Shown here: piece by piece, positions 1 to 10,901 of the stretch
Layout: every line of letters begins with the position of its first letter
Position numbering within the stretch: the first letter of the stretch is position 1
Source: Candidatus Bathyarchaeota archaeon
Lineage (GTDB): Archaea > Thermoproteota > Bathyarchaeia > Bathyarchaeales > DTEX01
DNA: 64,000 nucleotides
Direction of reading: 5' to 3'
NCBI GenBank assembly: GCA_963714275.1
Contig: CAVQNT010000004.1
Coordinates: forward strand, 32,001 to 96,000
Translations under genes and position numbers: made by a program
Notes under the pieces: model-generated
What the model was told of the DNA's origin: nothing
The model's database searches: none
The model's input: the letters and a program-made list of their open reading frames with translations, nothing else

Positions 1-2
1 AG

Positions 3-1715
3 CTTGACAACGTTCTCGCGACGAGGGCTGACGTTTTGAGGCTTCTTTCTCACTTCGACATCGACCCGGACAACATGCTCATCATCATGCATCAGGACAT
101 GGCTGAACAGTTCATCGTGCTTTCTCCGCAGGAAAAGCTTAAGCTTGTTGAGGCAGCAGCTGGGCTCGAGCCTTATAGAAGAAACGTTTTAGAAGCTCAG
201 AGGAAGCTCAGCCACATCGTAAGCCAAGAGGAATCCTTGTCGAAGATGCTTGAATCAGCTGAGCAGACCCTTAACTACTGGCGTGAACAGTATAATCGGT
301 TCCAGGAAAAGAAGCAGTGAATTCTGAAAAGGCGTTTTCTAGACCGTGAACTCGCGTGGGCAGAGGTCTCAAGAAGGGAACAGGCTGTCTCTGACTTTGA
401 AAAGAAGCTCAACGACAAGAAGAACCACATTAAGAAGATTGAAGGCGGTATAAAAATTTCTGAAGATGAAATAGGTAAGCTTCAAGATGAATCCAAAGAT
501 GAAAAGAACAATCTACAAAGCCTTTTCGAAGAAAGGTTGACTCTTGAAAGAGAGAAAGCTCGACACGAATTCAACGTTCTGAGCATGAAAAACAATTTTG
601 GCGACCTTCGAAGCTGGCTTGAGCAAGGTCAGAAAGAAGTAAAAAACATTCTGGATGTAATACTTCTAATCCAAAATGGACCTAAGGGAACATTATCTGA
701 GTCTCTTAAGAGTCAGATGTCTGAGCTTAAGAATGCTTCTGAAGAGCTGAGTAACTGGCCCAAAACGCTTGAAACTAAAATCGAAAGTTTTGAAGAAGAT
801 GCCAAGGTCTCAGCCCAGCAAATAGCAGGTCTAGACTCTCAAATATCTGGAGTAAAAGACAAAACAAGAGAGGTTGACCAAAAGACTGAGGTTTTAGGAA
901 GCCAGTTGCTTGAGAAGAAAATCGGTTTAGCGTTACTTGATTACCAAAAGAAAGAGATTTCGAAAGAACTTGGAGAAATCGAGCGAAACCTCAAGATACT
1001 ACAAACTGATTTGGGCGTCGCAGTTAAGAAAGCTGAGGAGATGGGTGCCCGTATCGTGGCTTTGAGGGGCGTCGAGGAAGTTGTAGACGAGATTCGGATG
1101 GTCGATGGTCGCATAGTAGCGATGGGAGACGTCTCGTCTGAGATTGAGCGTATGTACGAGTCTTACTCGAACCTTTATTTGGAGCTGAAAGAGAAAGCCC
1201 GTGTTGCCTCTGAGAACCGTGAGAAAGTCTTGGAAGAAATCAAGACACGGATGGACGCTTGGAGAACCGTGATCCGAAGCCTTCTCGATCATGTAAGTCT
1301 CGAATATCAAAGGATTCTTTCCTTTGCTACAGCCACGGGCGCTATACGATTATTGGACGAACACGACATCGAGGCGACCGGGATTGACATTCTTGTCGGT
1401 TTCAAGGGCTCGCAGCCTCTTTCCCTCAACATTTACTCGCAGAGCGGCGGGGAAAGAAGCACAGCGGTCATGTCTTTTCTACTCGCTCTGCAACAGAGGG
1501 TTAGGTCTCCTTTCCGGGCTATTGACGAGTACGACGTTCACATGGATCCCAAGAACCGGGAAGTGATTGCTAACCTTCTGATTACAGCGGTCGAGGACGG
1601 AACAGGACAATATTTGGCGATTACCCCTAACCAGATGTATTACGAGGGCAAAGACCTGCATGTGATCATGATTCAGAACATCGAGGGCACCTCTTTGGTC
1701 AGGGAGGTTTCATAA
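3..1715 (+). CDS. SMC-superfamily ATPase, coalescin (ClsN)/Smc5-6-like, 5'-truncated by window edge
   Basis: Q-loop region DNMLIIMHQ, long coiled coil, signature SQSGGERS, Walker B/D-loop FRAIDEYDVHMD. ORFs 36-320 and 537-1715 share one frame, interrupted only by TGA at 318-320. Confidence 0.88.
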
Positions 1716-2534
1716 TGGCGACCGCCAGAAAACCAGAAACCCTCGGCAGAGAAGAGCTGAGAAGAATAATTGAGACCTGCCTGTCCGTTGAGGCTAAAGG
1801 GCTGAACCCTTTCCTGGTCAACGTTGAAGACCTCGTTTCAGTCATTAAACAGTTTTTTCCGAACTGGAGCGACCCTGAGGAGCTTTGCCTAGACGCTGAG
1901 GCGCTTAACCAGATTGCTTCGGTCATAAAGATGCAGAGTGAATGGATTAAACACCGGGCGACTTCACTTTACAGGGACCCATTTCTTGTTGAGGAAAAGC
2001 TGCAAAGCCTACCAATTGAGAGGATTGCTGACATTTTCGAGGAGGCTTGGCATCCGCTGGTGGAGCTGGAACAAGTGACCATGGGCAGCCTTGAAGCGGC
2101 TTTAAGGTACTGGACTCGAGCTTACGCCTTTAGATGAAAGGTGGCGGAAAGAGAATCTTCTATTGGCGGATGTTTCGCCAACTTCCCGTGAAGAGTTAAT
2201 CAAACAGGGCGTTTTATTGAGCGAAACCTTCACGGCTGAGCTGGAAAAACTTTGGGAAGAACTGAAGACGTTTGAGACTAACAAAGAAGGGAAAATCGGT
2301 TACTGGGACTTTATCGGGGCAAAAACATACGACGAGACTGTGAAAAGGGCTTACCTCATAAGTTTCCTCATAACATACGGGTACGCGGACTTAGAGGTGC
2401 ATCCTCTTGAGGAAGAGATTTTCCTTCAGCCTTACATGAAGCAGGTTTCGAAAGGAAACGCAGCGACTTTCTCTTTTCCAATACCTATTAGTTTCGAGGA
2501 GTGGAAGCGATGGCAGCAAAACCGGGAATCTTAA
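1715..2534 (+). CDS. ScpA/kleisin-like SMC partner (frameshift near 2120)
   Basis: N-terminus GLNPFLVNVEDL...ALNQIASVIKMQS resembles the kleisin N-helical domain; C-terminus TVKRAYLISFLITYGYADLE...EEIFL resembles the kleisin winged helix; start overlaps the SMC stop (TAATG). Confidence 0.65.
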
Positions 2535-3134
2535 GACGTAAAGCAGCTTACTCGTTGAAGATGAAACGGGCAGTGCAGCTCCTCTTCTATAAGAGGCACT
2601 GGGAACCGGGAGTCAAAGGCTGGGAACTGAGGCGCAGAATAGGCTCTGATTATCCTAGGGTTCTTGACCTTCTGAACGATTACCTTGACAGGCTTGGTCT
2701 CGCTGTGAAAACTGTTTATGAGGAAGAAGCGAATCCTCCTCAAAATCCGACATTGGAGCAGCTGGATAAAGCAAGGTTCTATGTAGCGCTGAAGGAAACT
2801 CAGACAGTCTGGAGAACAAAAGCTCGTCGGCTGGCGCATTGACGACCTCGCTGGATTAGCTGTCTCGCTTGGGTACATAATTTCGCACGGAGGAAAAACC
2901 CCTCGAAAGGACGTTGAGGACCTTCTGAGAGAGAAGCTGCCTGGCTGGAGGGTTGACTTGAACCTTAACCGTTACTTGAGAACGGGCTACCTTACTGAGG
3001 ACGAGAATGGGCTGTTCTATCTTGGTTGGCGAACTCGTGCTGAGGTGGACCAAAGGAAATTCGTTGACCTGCTTCTTGAGGCTTCAGAATCTAAAAAACA
3101 AACGAATGCAGATGATTCTGTTTCTTCAACTTAA
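2510..3134 (+). CDS. KITE-like tandem winged-helix protein (ScpB/Nse1/Nse3-MAGE/MukE-like; frameshift near 2800)
   Basis: About 205 aa when joined: LLNDYLDRLGLAV...GWRIDDLAGLAVSLGYII...LNRYLRTGYL...FYLGWRTRAEV; third gene of the SMC operon. Confidence 0.6.
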
Positions 3135-4406
3135 CGTGCAAGGGTCCCCAATACATCGAACTGCATTTCCCGTGGCTCATCAACTATTTCAAGTGTTTTC
3201 TGAAGTTTTGGGTCATCTTTAACTTCTTCATAGAGAGTTTCCGAAATCCACATCTTTTCCAGGTGCAATGTGTTCTTTATCCTTACGACCCTTGCCTTCT
3301 TTGTGTCGATTGTTCCGCATGTCTGTAAGGCTATGGTTATGGCGTCGCGGTCTGTTGGCAGGAAGACCGGGGTTTTCGCGACTAAGGGATGACCGCTTGT
3401 TAAAGCGTTGACGAAGGTGGGTTGATAGTCGATTTTTGAAACGAGCCTTTGCGTCGTTATGTCGAGCTAAGCCCATGCCTATTGCGTTTCCGTGGGTTTC
3501 TTCCGAAAGGTCCAAGACAACAATTGAGCTGATGTTCGGGGAAAGCGGGTCGTTTTCGCCAGGCAGCCAGAATCTTCCTATGACGTTTGTGTCCATGCCT
3601 GCTCCGCTGATGTCTTTCCCGATTTCCTCAACTATCAGCACATCAATGTTCTTGAACGGTATCCTCGCAAGCAGCGATTTCGCCTTTTCCAGCAGTTTCA
3701 TTTCTTCACGTTCAATGTCTTTGGGTTTGACTGCTTTCACGACAACAATCTCGTGATGAGTATCCTCAACAATCGCTAAGCCTATGATTATGGGCGCCTT
3801 CTCCATTATGAGCCTTGCAGCTTCAGGAATCAGCTTATGGTATCCTTCGGACTTGAAGCGGTGAATCATCTCTGCTCCTTTCTGTTTTCCAAGCCCAATG
3901 ACCATCATCTTCATTAAGCCACTTTCAATCTCGCCTTTAAAGTCAGTGTGAGGTTTCACCCGTCCAACCACGATGATGCCGTCCGCTCTCAAGGCGTTCT
4001 TGTCAACGTAAACGGGGCTTCCGTTCCTTAGTTTACCTACGAAGTCAACCTCCATCGTCGCATGAATCGGCGCCCCAACGGTTTCAGGCGTGATCCCAAG
4101 ACCCTTCAAAAGAGAAATCTGTCCTTCAGGAGAGGCTCCGCCGTGGCTTCCCATAGTTGGAATCAGGAAAGGGTGACCGCCTGCTTTCTTTACTTCGTCG
4201 ACGACTACTGCCAAAATCTCGGGGTAGTGAACAATTCCGCGGCTGCCAGCAGTGACAGCTATTTCCGCTCCGGGCTTAATCTTACCTCCTATGTCCACTT
4301 TTTTTAGTTCTTTTCGGATTTCAGAAACGAAATCATTAAGCTTTGAGGAGGGAATTTTCTGGTGGACCTCAACCATTCTTGGAAGCTCCGTCTTGGGGAA
4401 AGACAT
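3131..4406 (-). CDS. LarA/DUF362-like (nickel-dependent lactate racemase N-domain family) protein; frameshift near 3460
   Basis: IAVTAGSRGI, PTMGSHGGA, RVKPHTDF, GKDISGAGMDTNVIGR motifs. Confidence 0.75.
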
Positions 4407-4549
4407 TCACGAACGCCTCGTAAAGGAAGAATTGTTAAGATACTAAAATATCTTTTTGAACCACGCTATCAAAAAAATTATTAGCGCAACTTATAAGCCA
4501 CCTTTCATGATAGACTTTTTCAGGCACCAAAAATTCTAGAGTGATAAGT

Positions 4550-6506
4550 GTGACACAAACATCAAGCAATCCCTTCGGAGTATTCAGAAACCAATGCAGC
4601 ACACTACTTCAAAATGCTGCACGAGAAGCCTTCCCGGACGCTGCGATTCCGACTCTCAGCTTAAGCATACCGCCTACCTCTGAGTTTGGGGAGCTGAACT
4701 TCATCGGCTTGTTTTGAACTGGCTAAACAGTTGAAAAGAAATCCGCTTGATCTAGCGAAGCAGATTGTGGAGAAAGCTGAACTGGAGGCGTCCTCGTATA
4801 ATTTGGTAACCTCTGTCAAGGCTGAAGGGCAAGGATACATCAACTTCTATGTCGACATGGCTGAGTTTGCCCGTTTAGCGCTTGAGTCAACCAAAGCTTT
4901 GAACTCGGAATACGGGTATGTCAAGTCTGAGGAACCGAAAAGAATGATTGTTGAACACACGAGTGCCAATCCCGTTCACCCCATTCACATAGGCACATCA
5001 CGGAACTCGGTTCTTGGGGACGCCTTAGCACGCATCCTCGAAGCAAGGGGGCACACGGTTTCTCGGCACTACTACATCGACGATGTAGGTCGACAGTCAG
5101 CAGTCATAGCCTACGGGTATAATCTACTTGGAAGACCGAAACCTGAAGGCAAGCCTGACCACTATATCGGAGCGGTCTACGCTGTCACAAGTTGCCTGCT
5201 GGAAATTCGCAAGCTCAAAGAAGCAGTTGAGCGAGCCGAATCGAACTCTGAAGAATCTTACGATCTTAGAAAAGACTTGGACGATTGGGTCGCAGTCGCA
5301 GCGGAGCTTGAAGAAAAATTCCCCAAACTGTTTAATTCACTTCTCGAAAAAATCAAAAAAGCCAAAAGTCCTGAGCTTGAAATCAATTTATTACTTCAAG
5401 AATATGAGACTGGAAAAGAAAAAGCCAAAAATCTTGTGCGCGAGTTTTCACAACTGTGCCTAGAAGGGTTTAAGCAAACTTTTGCTAAAGCCGGCGTGTC
5501 TGTTGACTCGTGGGATTGGGAGAGCGATTTCGTGTGGAACGGGGAGGTTAACCGAACTCTCGACGCGTTGAAGAAAACTCCTTACGTCTTCAGCGAAAAT
5601 GATGTTTTAGAGTTTGACGCTGAACAGGCTGCCCAAACGTTTGGTCTCAAGAAAATTTTTGACATAAAAGAGGACCAAGAGATACCTTCGTTGACCTTGG
5701 TCAGGGCTGACGGCACCACGTTGTATACGATGAGAGATATTCCCTACAGCGTCTGGAAGTTCAAGCAGGCAGACAGAGTCGTCAACGTAATTGGGATGGA
5801 TCAGAACCTGTCTCAGCTGCAGTTAAAGATAGCCCTCTGCGCCTTAGGACACATTGAGCAAGCCAAGAATCTGGTTCATTTCTCGTATAATCTGGTTAGT
5901 TTCCCGGGGCAACGAATTTCGGGCAGAAGAGGTCGCTACGTGACGTTCGACGAAGTCATCGACGAATCAGTGTCCAGAGCTTACGACGAAGTTTCTAAAC
6001 GGTCCCCAAACATGCCAGAAAAGAACAAGCGCAAAATCGCAGAAGCAGTAGGCATAGGCGCTGTAAAATACGCTTTGGTGGAAACTGACCCTCAGAAACG
6101 CGTGGTCTTCACGTGGGACAAAGTTCTGAATTTCGAAACAAACAGTGCACCCTACATTCAGTATTCTCACGCAAGAGCCTGCAGCATCCTCAGAAAGGTG
6201 GACTTGCAGCCTAAAAACGCGGACACATCACTGTTAAAGGAACCCTTAGAGCATGATTTGGTGCTTATGGTCTCCCGTTTCCCTGAAGTTTTCGTCGACG
6301 CTGCGGACAACCTTAAACCCAACGAATTAGCTGATTACGCGAATGCTCTTGCTGACAAGTTCAACACTTTTTACGCAGTTTTGCCCGTAATTAAGGCTGA
6401 AACACCGGAATTAAGCAGCGCAAGGTTGATGATCGTTAAAGCCGTAAAAATTACGCTTCACAACGCATTGGAACTGATAGGCATCGAAGCGCCTGAACGC
6501 ATGTAA
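4550..6506 (+). CDS. argS: Arginyl-tRNA synthetase (frameshift near 4697)
   Basis: EHTSANPVHPIHIG (HIGH-like), DGTTLY, ISGRRG, PYIQYSHARACSIL, C-terminal APERM. Confidence 0.95.
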
Positions 6507-6554
6507 CTAATTTACTATTGAAAAAAGGGAGAAAAAATGAACTTTTGAGCCATT

Positions 6555-6962
6555 TTATTTCAGCGGAACGTACATGCTGCTTCGGCTTGCGCCTATTCCG
6601 GGGGTGCCGTGTTTCACGGGTTTGTTTGTTATGGCGAACTCGCCTAGGTAATGACCGACCATTTCAGGCGCTATTGTGAACGACGTGAATTCTTTGCCGT
6701 TGTGGACCTGAATGTTTACGCCTATCATCTCGGGCAGGATAATCATGTCTCGGGCGTGGGTTTTGATTGGTTTAACCGTCTTTCCGCGTTCAACCAAATC
6801 CTTCGCTTCACGCATCTTTTCAAGCAGTCTTCTCTGTTCAAGGCTTAAACCCCGCTGAAGGCTTCTGCGTTGGCGTGAAGGGAGAAGGCTGATGAACTCG
6901 TCCATCGAAACGTTTTGTAGCTTCTCCAAATTGTAGCCGCGGAACATGAATTCTTTAGGCAT
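6555..6962 (-). CDS. rps19: 30S ribosomal protein uS19
   Basis: [35 protein letters not shown]. Confidence 0.97.
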   Translation of the reverse strand: MPKEFMFRGYNLEKLQNVSMDEFISLLPSRQRRSLQRGLSLEQRRLLEKMREAKDLVERGKTVKPIKTHARDMIILPEMIGVNIQVHNGKEFTSFTIAPEMVGHYLGEFAITNKPVKHGTPGIGASRSSMYVPLK

Positions 6963-7025
6963 CCGACCACCAACCCAACTGAAACAAGTTGTCCATTTAA
7001 ACGTTACTGCAATCCATTTGTAGGG

Positions 7026-7748
7026 TTACTTTTTGTGACCTGCCCTTCTGGCGCCGATGAGCCCAACCTTCTTGCCTGGCGGAGCTCTGTGGGAGACTGT
7101 TGTGACCTTCCGTCCTCCCCTTCTGCCACCTCCAAAGGGATGCACAGCCGCAATCATGGCTCGTCCACGGGTCCTCGGGTACTTCTGTCCTTTCGCCTTC
7201 ATCAGATGGAATTTGGATCCAGCCTTCAGGAACGGCTTCTCTGTTCTTCCTGCTCCGGAGATAACGCCAACCGTCGCTAAGCATAGATCGTTGATGTAAC
7301 GCGTTTTTCCTGAGGGCATCTTCAGCACGGTTCCTTCCGGCGTGTGCGAAGTGATGATTGCGTAAGAACCTGAGGAACGTGCTAGTCTTCCTCCATCCCC
7401 GGGTTGCAGTTCAATGTTGCAGACGGTTATTCCTTCAGGAATGCTGCCGATAGGTATGACGTTGCCAATTTTGACTGAAGCTTGCACGCCGAGTTCGACG
7501 TTTTGACCTTCAATGACTCCTTCTGGAACAACTGAATAGTAGGTTTTGCCGTCCTCGAGCTCGATGAGGGCTAGTGGAGAACCCCTGCCTGGGTCATGCA
7601 TGAGCTGTTGAATCTGGCCTGTGATGACTGTTTCGAGTTTCTCTTTCTGCGGATTCGGATATTTTGCTGGTGCAACCCGTTTGTGTGTTGCAGCTTGGAA
7701 GGTTTTTGAGCCTCTTCCTCGTCTTTGTACTCTGATTCTTTTGCCCAA
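7026..7748 (-). CDS. rpl2: 50S ribosomal protein uL2
   Basis: MGKRIRVQRRGRG, HDPGRG, HPFGGG, PPGKKVGLI. Confidence 0.97.
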   Translation of the reverse strand: MGKRIRVQRRGRGSKTFQAATHKRVAPAKYPNPQKEKLETVITGQIQQLMHDPGRGSPLALIELEDGKTYYSVVPEGVIEGQNVELGVQASVKIGNVIPIGSIPEGITVCNIELQPGDGGRLARSSGSYAIITSHTPEGTVLKMPSGKTRYINDLCLATVGVISGAGRTEKPFLKAGSKFHLMKAKGQKYPRTRGRAMIAAVHPFGGGRRGGRKVTTVSHRAPPGKKVGLIGARRAGHKK

Positions 7749-7766
7749 ACCTTACTCCTCCATTGA

Positions 7767-8027
7767 CTATAACAAACCAAGTTTGATGGCTACGTCTGTC
7801 GCGCTGTATTCAGGCTGAAGTCTAACAAAAGCCTTTTTTTCGCCCTTAATTGAATTGGCGATGTTCACGTCTTTAACTTTAACTTGATACAGTTGTTCCA
7901 CAGCTTTCTTCACATCCAACTTCGTGGCTTTTATGTTCACGACAAAGACCAGCTTGTTCTCGCTTTCAATCAGCCTGCTGACGACCTCAGTCATCATGGG
8001 GTACGAGATAACGTCTTCCGGATTCAT
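7767..8027 (-). CDS. rpl23: 50S ribosomal protein uL23
   Basis: ENKLVFVV, KKAVEQLY, GEKKAFVRL; operon position. Confidence 0.95.
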   Translation of the reverse strand: MNPEDVISYPMMTEVVSRLIESENKLVFVVNIKATKLDVKKAVEQLYQVKVKDVNIANSIKGEKKAFVRLQPEYSATDVAIKLGLL

Positions 8028-8031
8028 GGTC

Positions 8032-8790
8032 CTAGTCTCCTCCAGTCAAGGTTCGAAGTTCCTCTACGCTGTCTTTCGTCCAAACCGTGAGCCGTCCGGG
8101 ATGAGTACCTGGTGCAAGCAGTTCAGCGTTCAAGTTCTTAACGAAGGCGACGTCTACCCCTAGAAGGTTGTTCGCAGCCTTCACTACTCCATCGTCCACA
8201 TTAATCACAATCAAGGGTCCAACAGCATGTTTCTTTCTTCTTCCACGCATCTTTCCCTTTCCAGCCCGAACCTTAATGCTTTCCTTAACTCTGTTAACGT
8301 CTGGCCAGACGCCCAAGTTTATCAGGGCAACTTTCAAGTCTTTAACCTTTTTTACGCTTTGCAGATCATCGGTTACAACCAAAGGAAAATCTTTAACGTC
8401 GTCCACGATGTGCCCCCGTGCCTCAACGTTTTCTTTCAAGCCCGTTGCAGCGATAGCTGAAAGGAGCGCCAACCGTTTCTCTTTCTTTATAATTTTTTTA
8501 GAAATCTTCTTTTCAGAAACTGGTGGATGAGCAGACCTACCGCCGACTGTTCCAGGCGCAAACGCTATAGAAATCCTTGACTTGCCACGGCCCACTCCCA
8601 ACGACTCTGCGACCGTGTGTTTTCCAGCCATCACGTCTCTTCCCTGAGGCTGAATCCTGTGAGACTGAAGTGAAACCACTGCCCGTTTGATGACGTCAGG
8701 CCTGTAGGTTGTTTGAAAAACATCTGGAAGTTTGACTTTTCCGACATTTTTGCCTTCAAGGTCAAAAACTTTTGAAGAAACTTTACCCAT
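8032..8790 (-). CDS. rpl4: 50S ribosomal protein uL4
   Basis: RPDVIKRA, VGGRSAHPP, RAGKGKMRGRR, LAPGTHPGRLTVWT. Confidence 0.96.
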   Translation of the reverse strand: MGKVSSKVFDLEGKNVGKVKLPDVFQTTYRPDVIKRAVVSLQSHRIQPQGRDVMAGKHTVAESLGVGRGKSRISIAFAPGTVGGRSAHPPVSEKKISKKIIKKEKRLALLSAIAATGLKENVEARGHIVDDVKDFPLVVTDDLQSVKKVKDLKVALINLGVWPDVNRVKESIKVRAGKGKMRGRRKKHAVGPLIVINVDDGVVKAANNLLGVDVAFVKNLNAELLAPGTHPGRLTVWTKDSVEELRTLTGGD

Positions 8791-8807
8791 AGTTTTTCAT
8801 CTCCCTA

Positions 8808-9819
8808 TCATGCGCCCTGAAGAGATTCGACGCTTAAGTATGAAACTTGCGGCGGACTAGCGCCGGTTTCTCTCGGGGGTCTCGCGGCATACCTCAACTT
8901 AATAAGCCTTTTTGCGGGTCCTGCGACGCTTCCTCTCAGTATCAAGTACGTGTTTCTTACTGGACCGTACCTTATGAAGTCTCCTTTTGGAGTGACTTCG
9001 TCGCCGTTTTTGCCGATCTTTAGGATTCGCTTGTTGAATTCTGTTCTTTGGTGGTAGCCCATTTGTCCAGCTCTCGGAACTGTGTATAGGACTCTTGCGG
9101 GTCCCCACGCTCCCAGGGTTCCGATGCCTCGTGTCCTTTTGTTACTTTTGTGTTGAAGGATTGCCACGTGCCATCTTTTGACTACGCCTTGCCATCCCTT
9201 GCCCTTGCTTACTGATATGGAGTCAATGAACTGGCCTTCTTTGAAGACTTCTTCAACTTGAACTGTTTTTCCTAGAATCTTGCTAACGTAATCGTACTGT
9301 TCCTTCACGGATGCTCCGCCTACCTTGACTTCCATGAGATCAGGCTTTTTCTTCGGAGTTCCAGACAACCTTGGCTGTGTGGCTGCTAAGATGCGGAACT
9401 CAACGATTTTTTCGAGGTTTTCTTCAATCTTTTTAAGGCTTTCTTCCAGGCTTAGGTTCTCTGGGAACGCCTATGATTCTTTCAAAATCTTTTGGAAGGG
9501 AGCCAGCCCAAGCTTCAGTTAAGGTTTTCAGCACATTGCCGTCTTTGGAGTAAGCCCTTACTGCGCAAACGGTCATAGGAGGCGCTTCTATTATTGTTAC
9601 CGGATTAGCTATTTCTTTACCAAAGCTCGGGGAACGTTGCCTGTCCTCAACCATGAACACGTAGGACATGCCGGCTTTGTAGCCTGCGAAGCCTAATAGA
9701 ACAGGACCTTCCTTAACCTCGGGCCAGTAACGTATCCTTCCGTTAGGGTGGGAAGCTCGTCCCCTAGGTAGATAAGCTAATGAACCATGTCTGGGTGCAT
9801 GCTGTTTTCTGTGGCCCAT
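8808..9819 (-). CDS. rpl3: 50S ribosomal protein uL3 (frameshift near 9440)
   Basis: PRHGSLAYLPR, GYKAGM, KGKGWQGVVKRW, RAGQMGYHQRTEFNKR. Confidence 0.95.
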
Positions 9820-9966
9820 TGGTTTTCAAACTCCTTTTTTCTTTTTGTGTTATTTGGATTGTGGCAACTCTCAACATATAAAAGGAATAATATAAACGTT
9901 TGTGGCTTGTCACTTGGGGATTTTTGGTTCATGAACTGGTTTGTTGGTTGCGTTTTCTCAGGTTCG

Positions 9967-10772
9967 TTAGAGGATGTAGGTTGGTTCCTTCTCTCGGTCG
10001 GTTCGTCCCCTATAGCCTTCGATGAGCTCTCGCATGTCAGGTTGCTCAGCAACTTCCTTTTGAAACTCGGCTTCGAAGGTTTCAGCCTTTTTCTTGAGGT
10101 CCGTTAGGTCAAGTTCTATGCCTGTGAGCTTGGCGATTTTTTCGAGGATGCGGTATGCTGCTCGAGGATAGACTCCAGCAACGTACATTGGAACTGGGCT
10201 CCAAAGGCTGATTACGTCAACACGTTTCTGTTTGGCTTTCACCATAATCTCGCTGTAGACGCTTGTTGGACCCGTGTAGCTGGTGACTCCACTTCAGCCT
10301 TTTTAAGTTCAGAAAGGATTTTTTCGTTGTTTGTTGACGCTGAAACGGGAGTTGCGCTTTGGTGAGGAACGTCAGTGAGGAACCCTCCCGTCGTGTAAAT
10401 TTTTTTAACACCCTTTTTCTCTGCAACCTTAAGCACAGCCTCTGCGTACTTTGGCCAGTTTCGGTGTGGTTCATGACCCAGCAGAAGGACGAACGATTGC
10501 TTGTTTTTTGCGTCTTTCGAGCAGAAAAATTCGTTCTTCGGAGGATTGTATGACTGGATTATGCCTTCTTTCACCGTGACCGACGGTCTAAACAACATGT
10601 AGTCGTGGAATTCGTCAACGGGGATTTCGCCGAATTTTTTGGTGTCAAGTTTGTCTGCGAGATACTTGGCAGAGAAGGTTGAGACTTTACCAGCGTTGAC
10701 CCAGCCTTCTAGACCGATGACCATGATTTGGGTTCCGCATTTAACGGTCTTGGCTGATTTTTGTTTCTTCAT
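9967..10772 (-). CDS. PAC2/PbaB-like proteasome assembly chaperone family protein (frameshift near 10270)
   Basis: GLEGWVNAG, RPSVTVKEG, LLGHEPH, GGFLTDVPH, VPMYV, C-terminal hydrophobic-Tyr tail PTYIL. Confidence 0.8.
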
Positions 10773-10901
10773 CTTCGAGTAATCTCCACACAAAGTTTTA
10801 GACCGAATAATATATTGTCGTTGAGGTTTTTAACGTTGATAGGTTAGGCGAAACCATTTAAGACGTTTCCCAAAGAATTATGGTAGTCAGGTGAAAAAGG
10901 T

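Noticed and set aside
318-320. In-frame TGA in the SMC gene as selenocysteine or a recoded stop
   Set aside because: It lies in a coiled coil where Leu is plausible; TGA terminates normal genes here (GH94, fprA, thyA), so a single substitution error is simpler.
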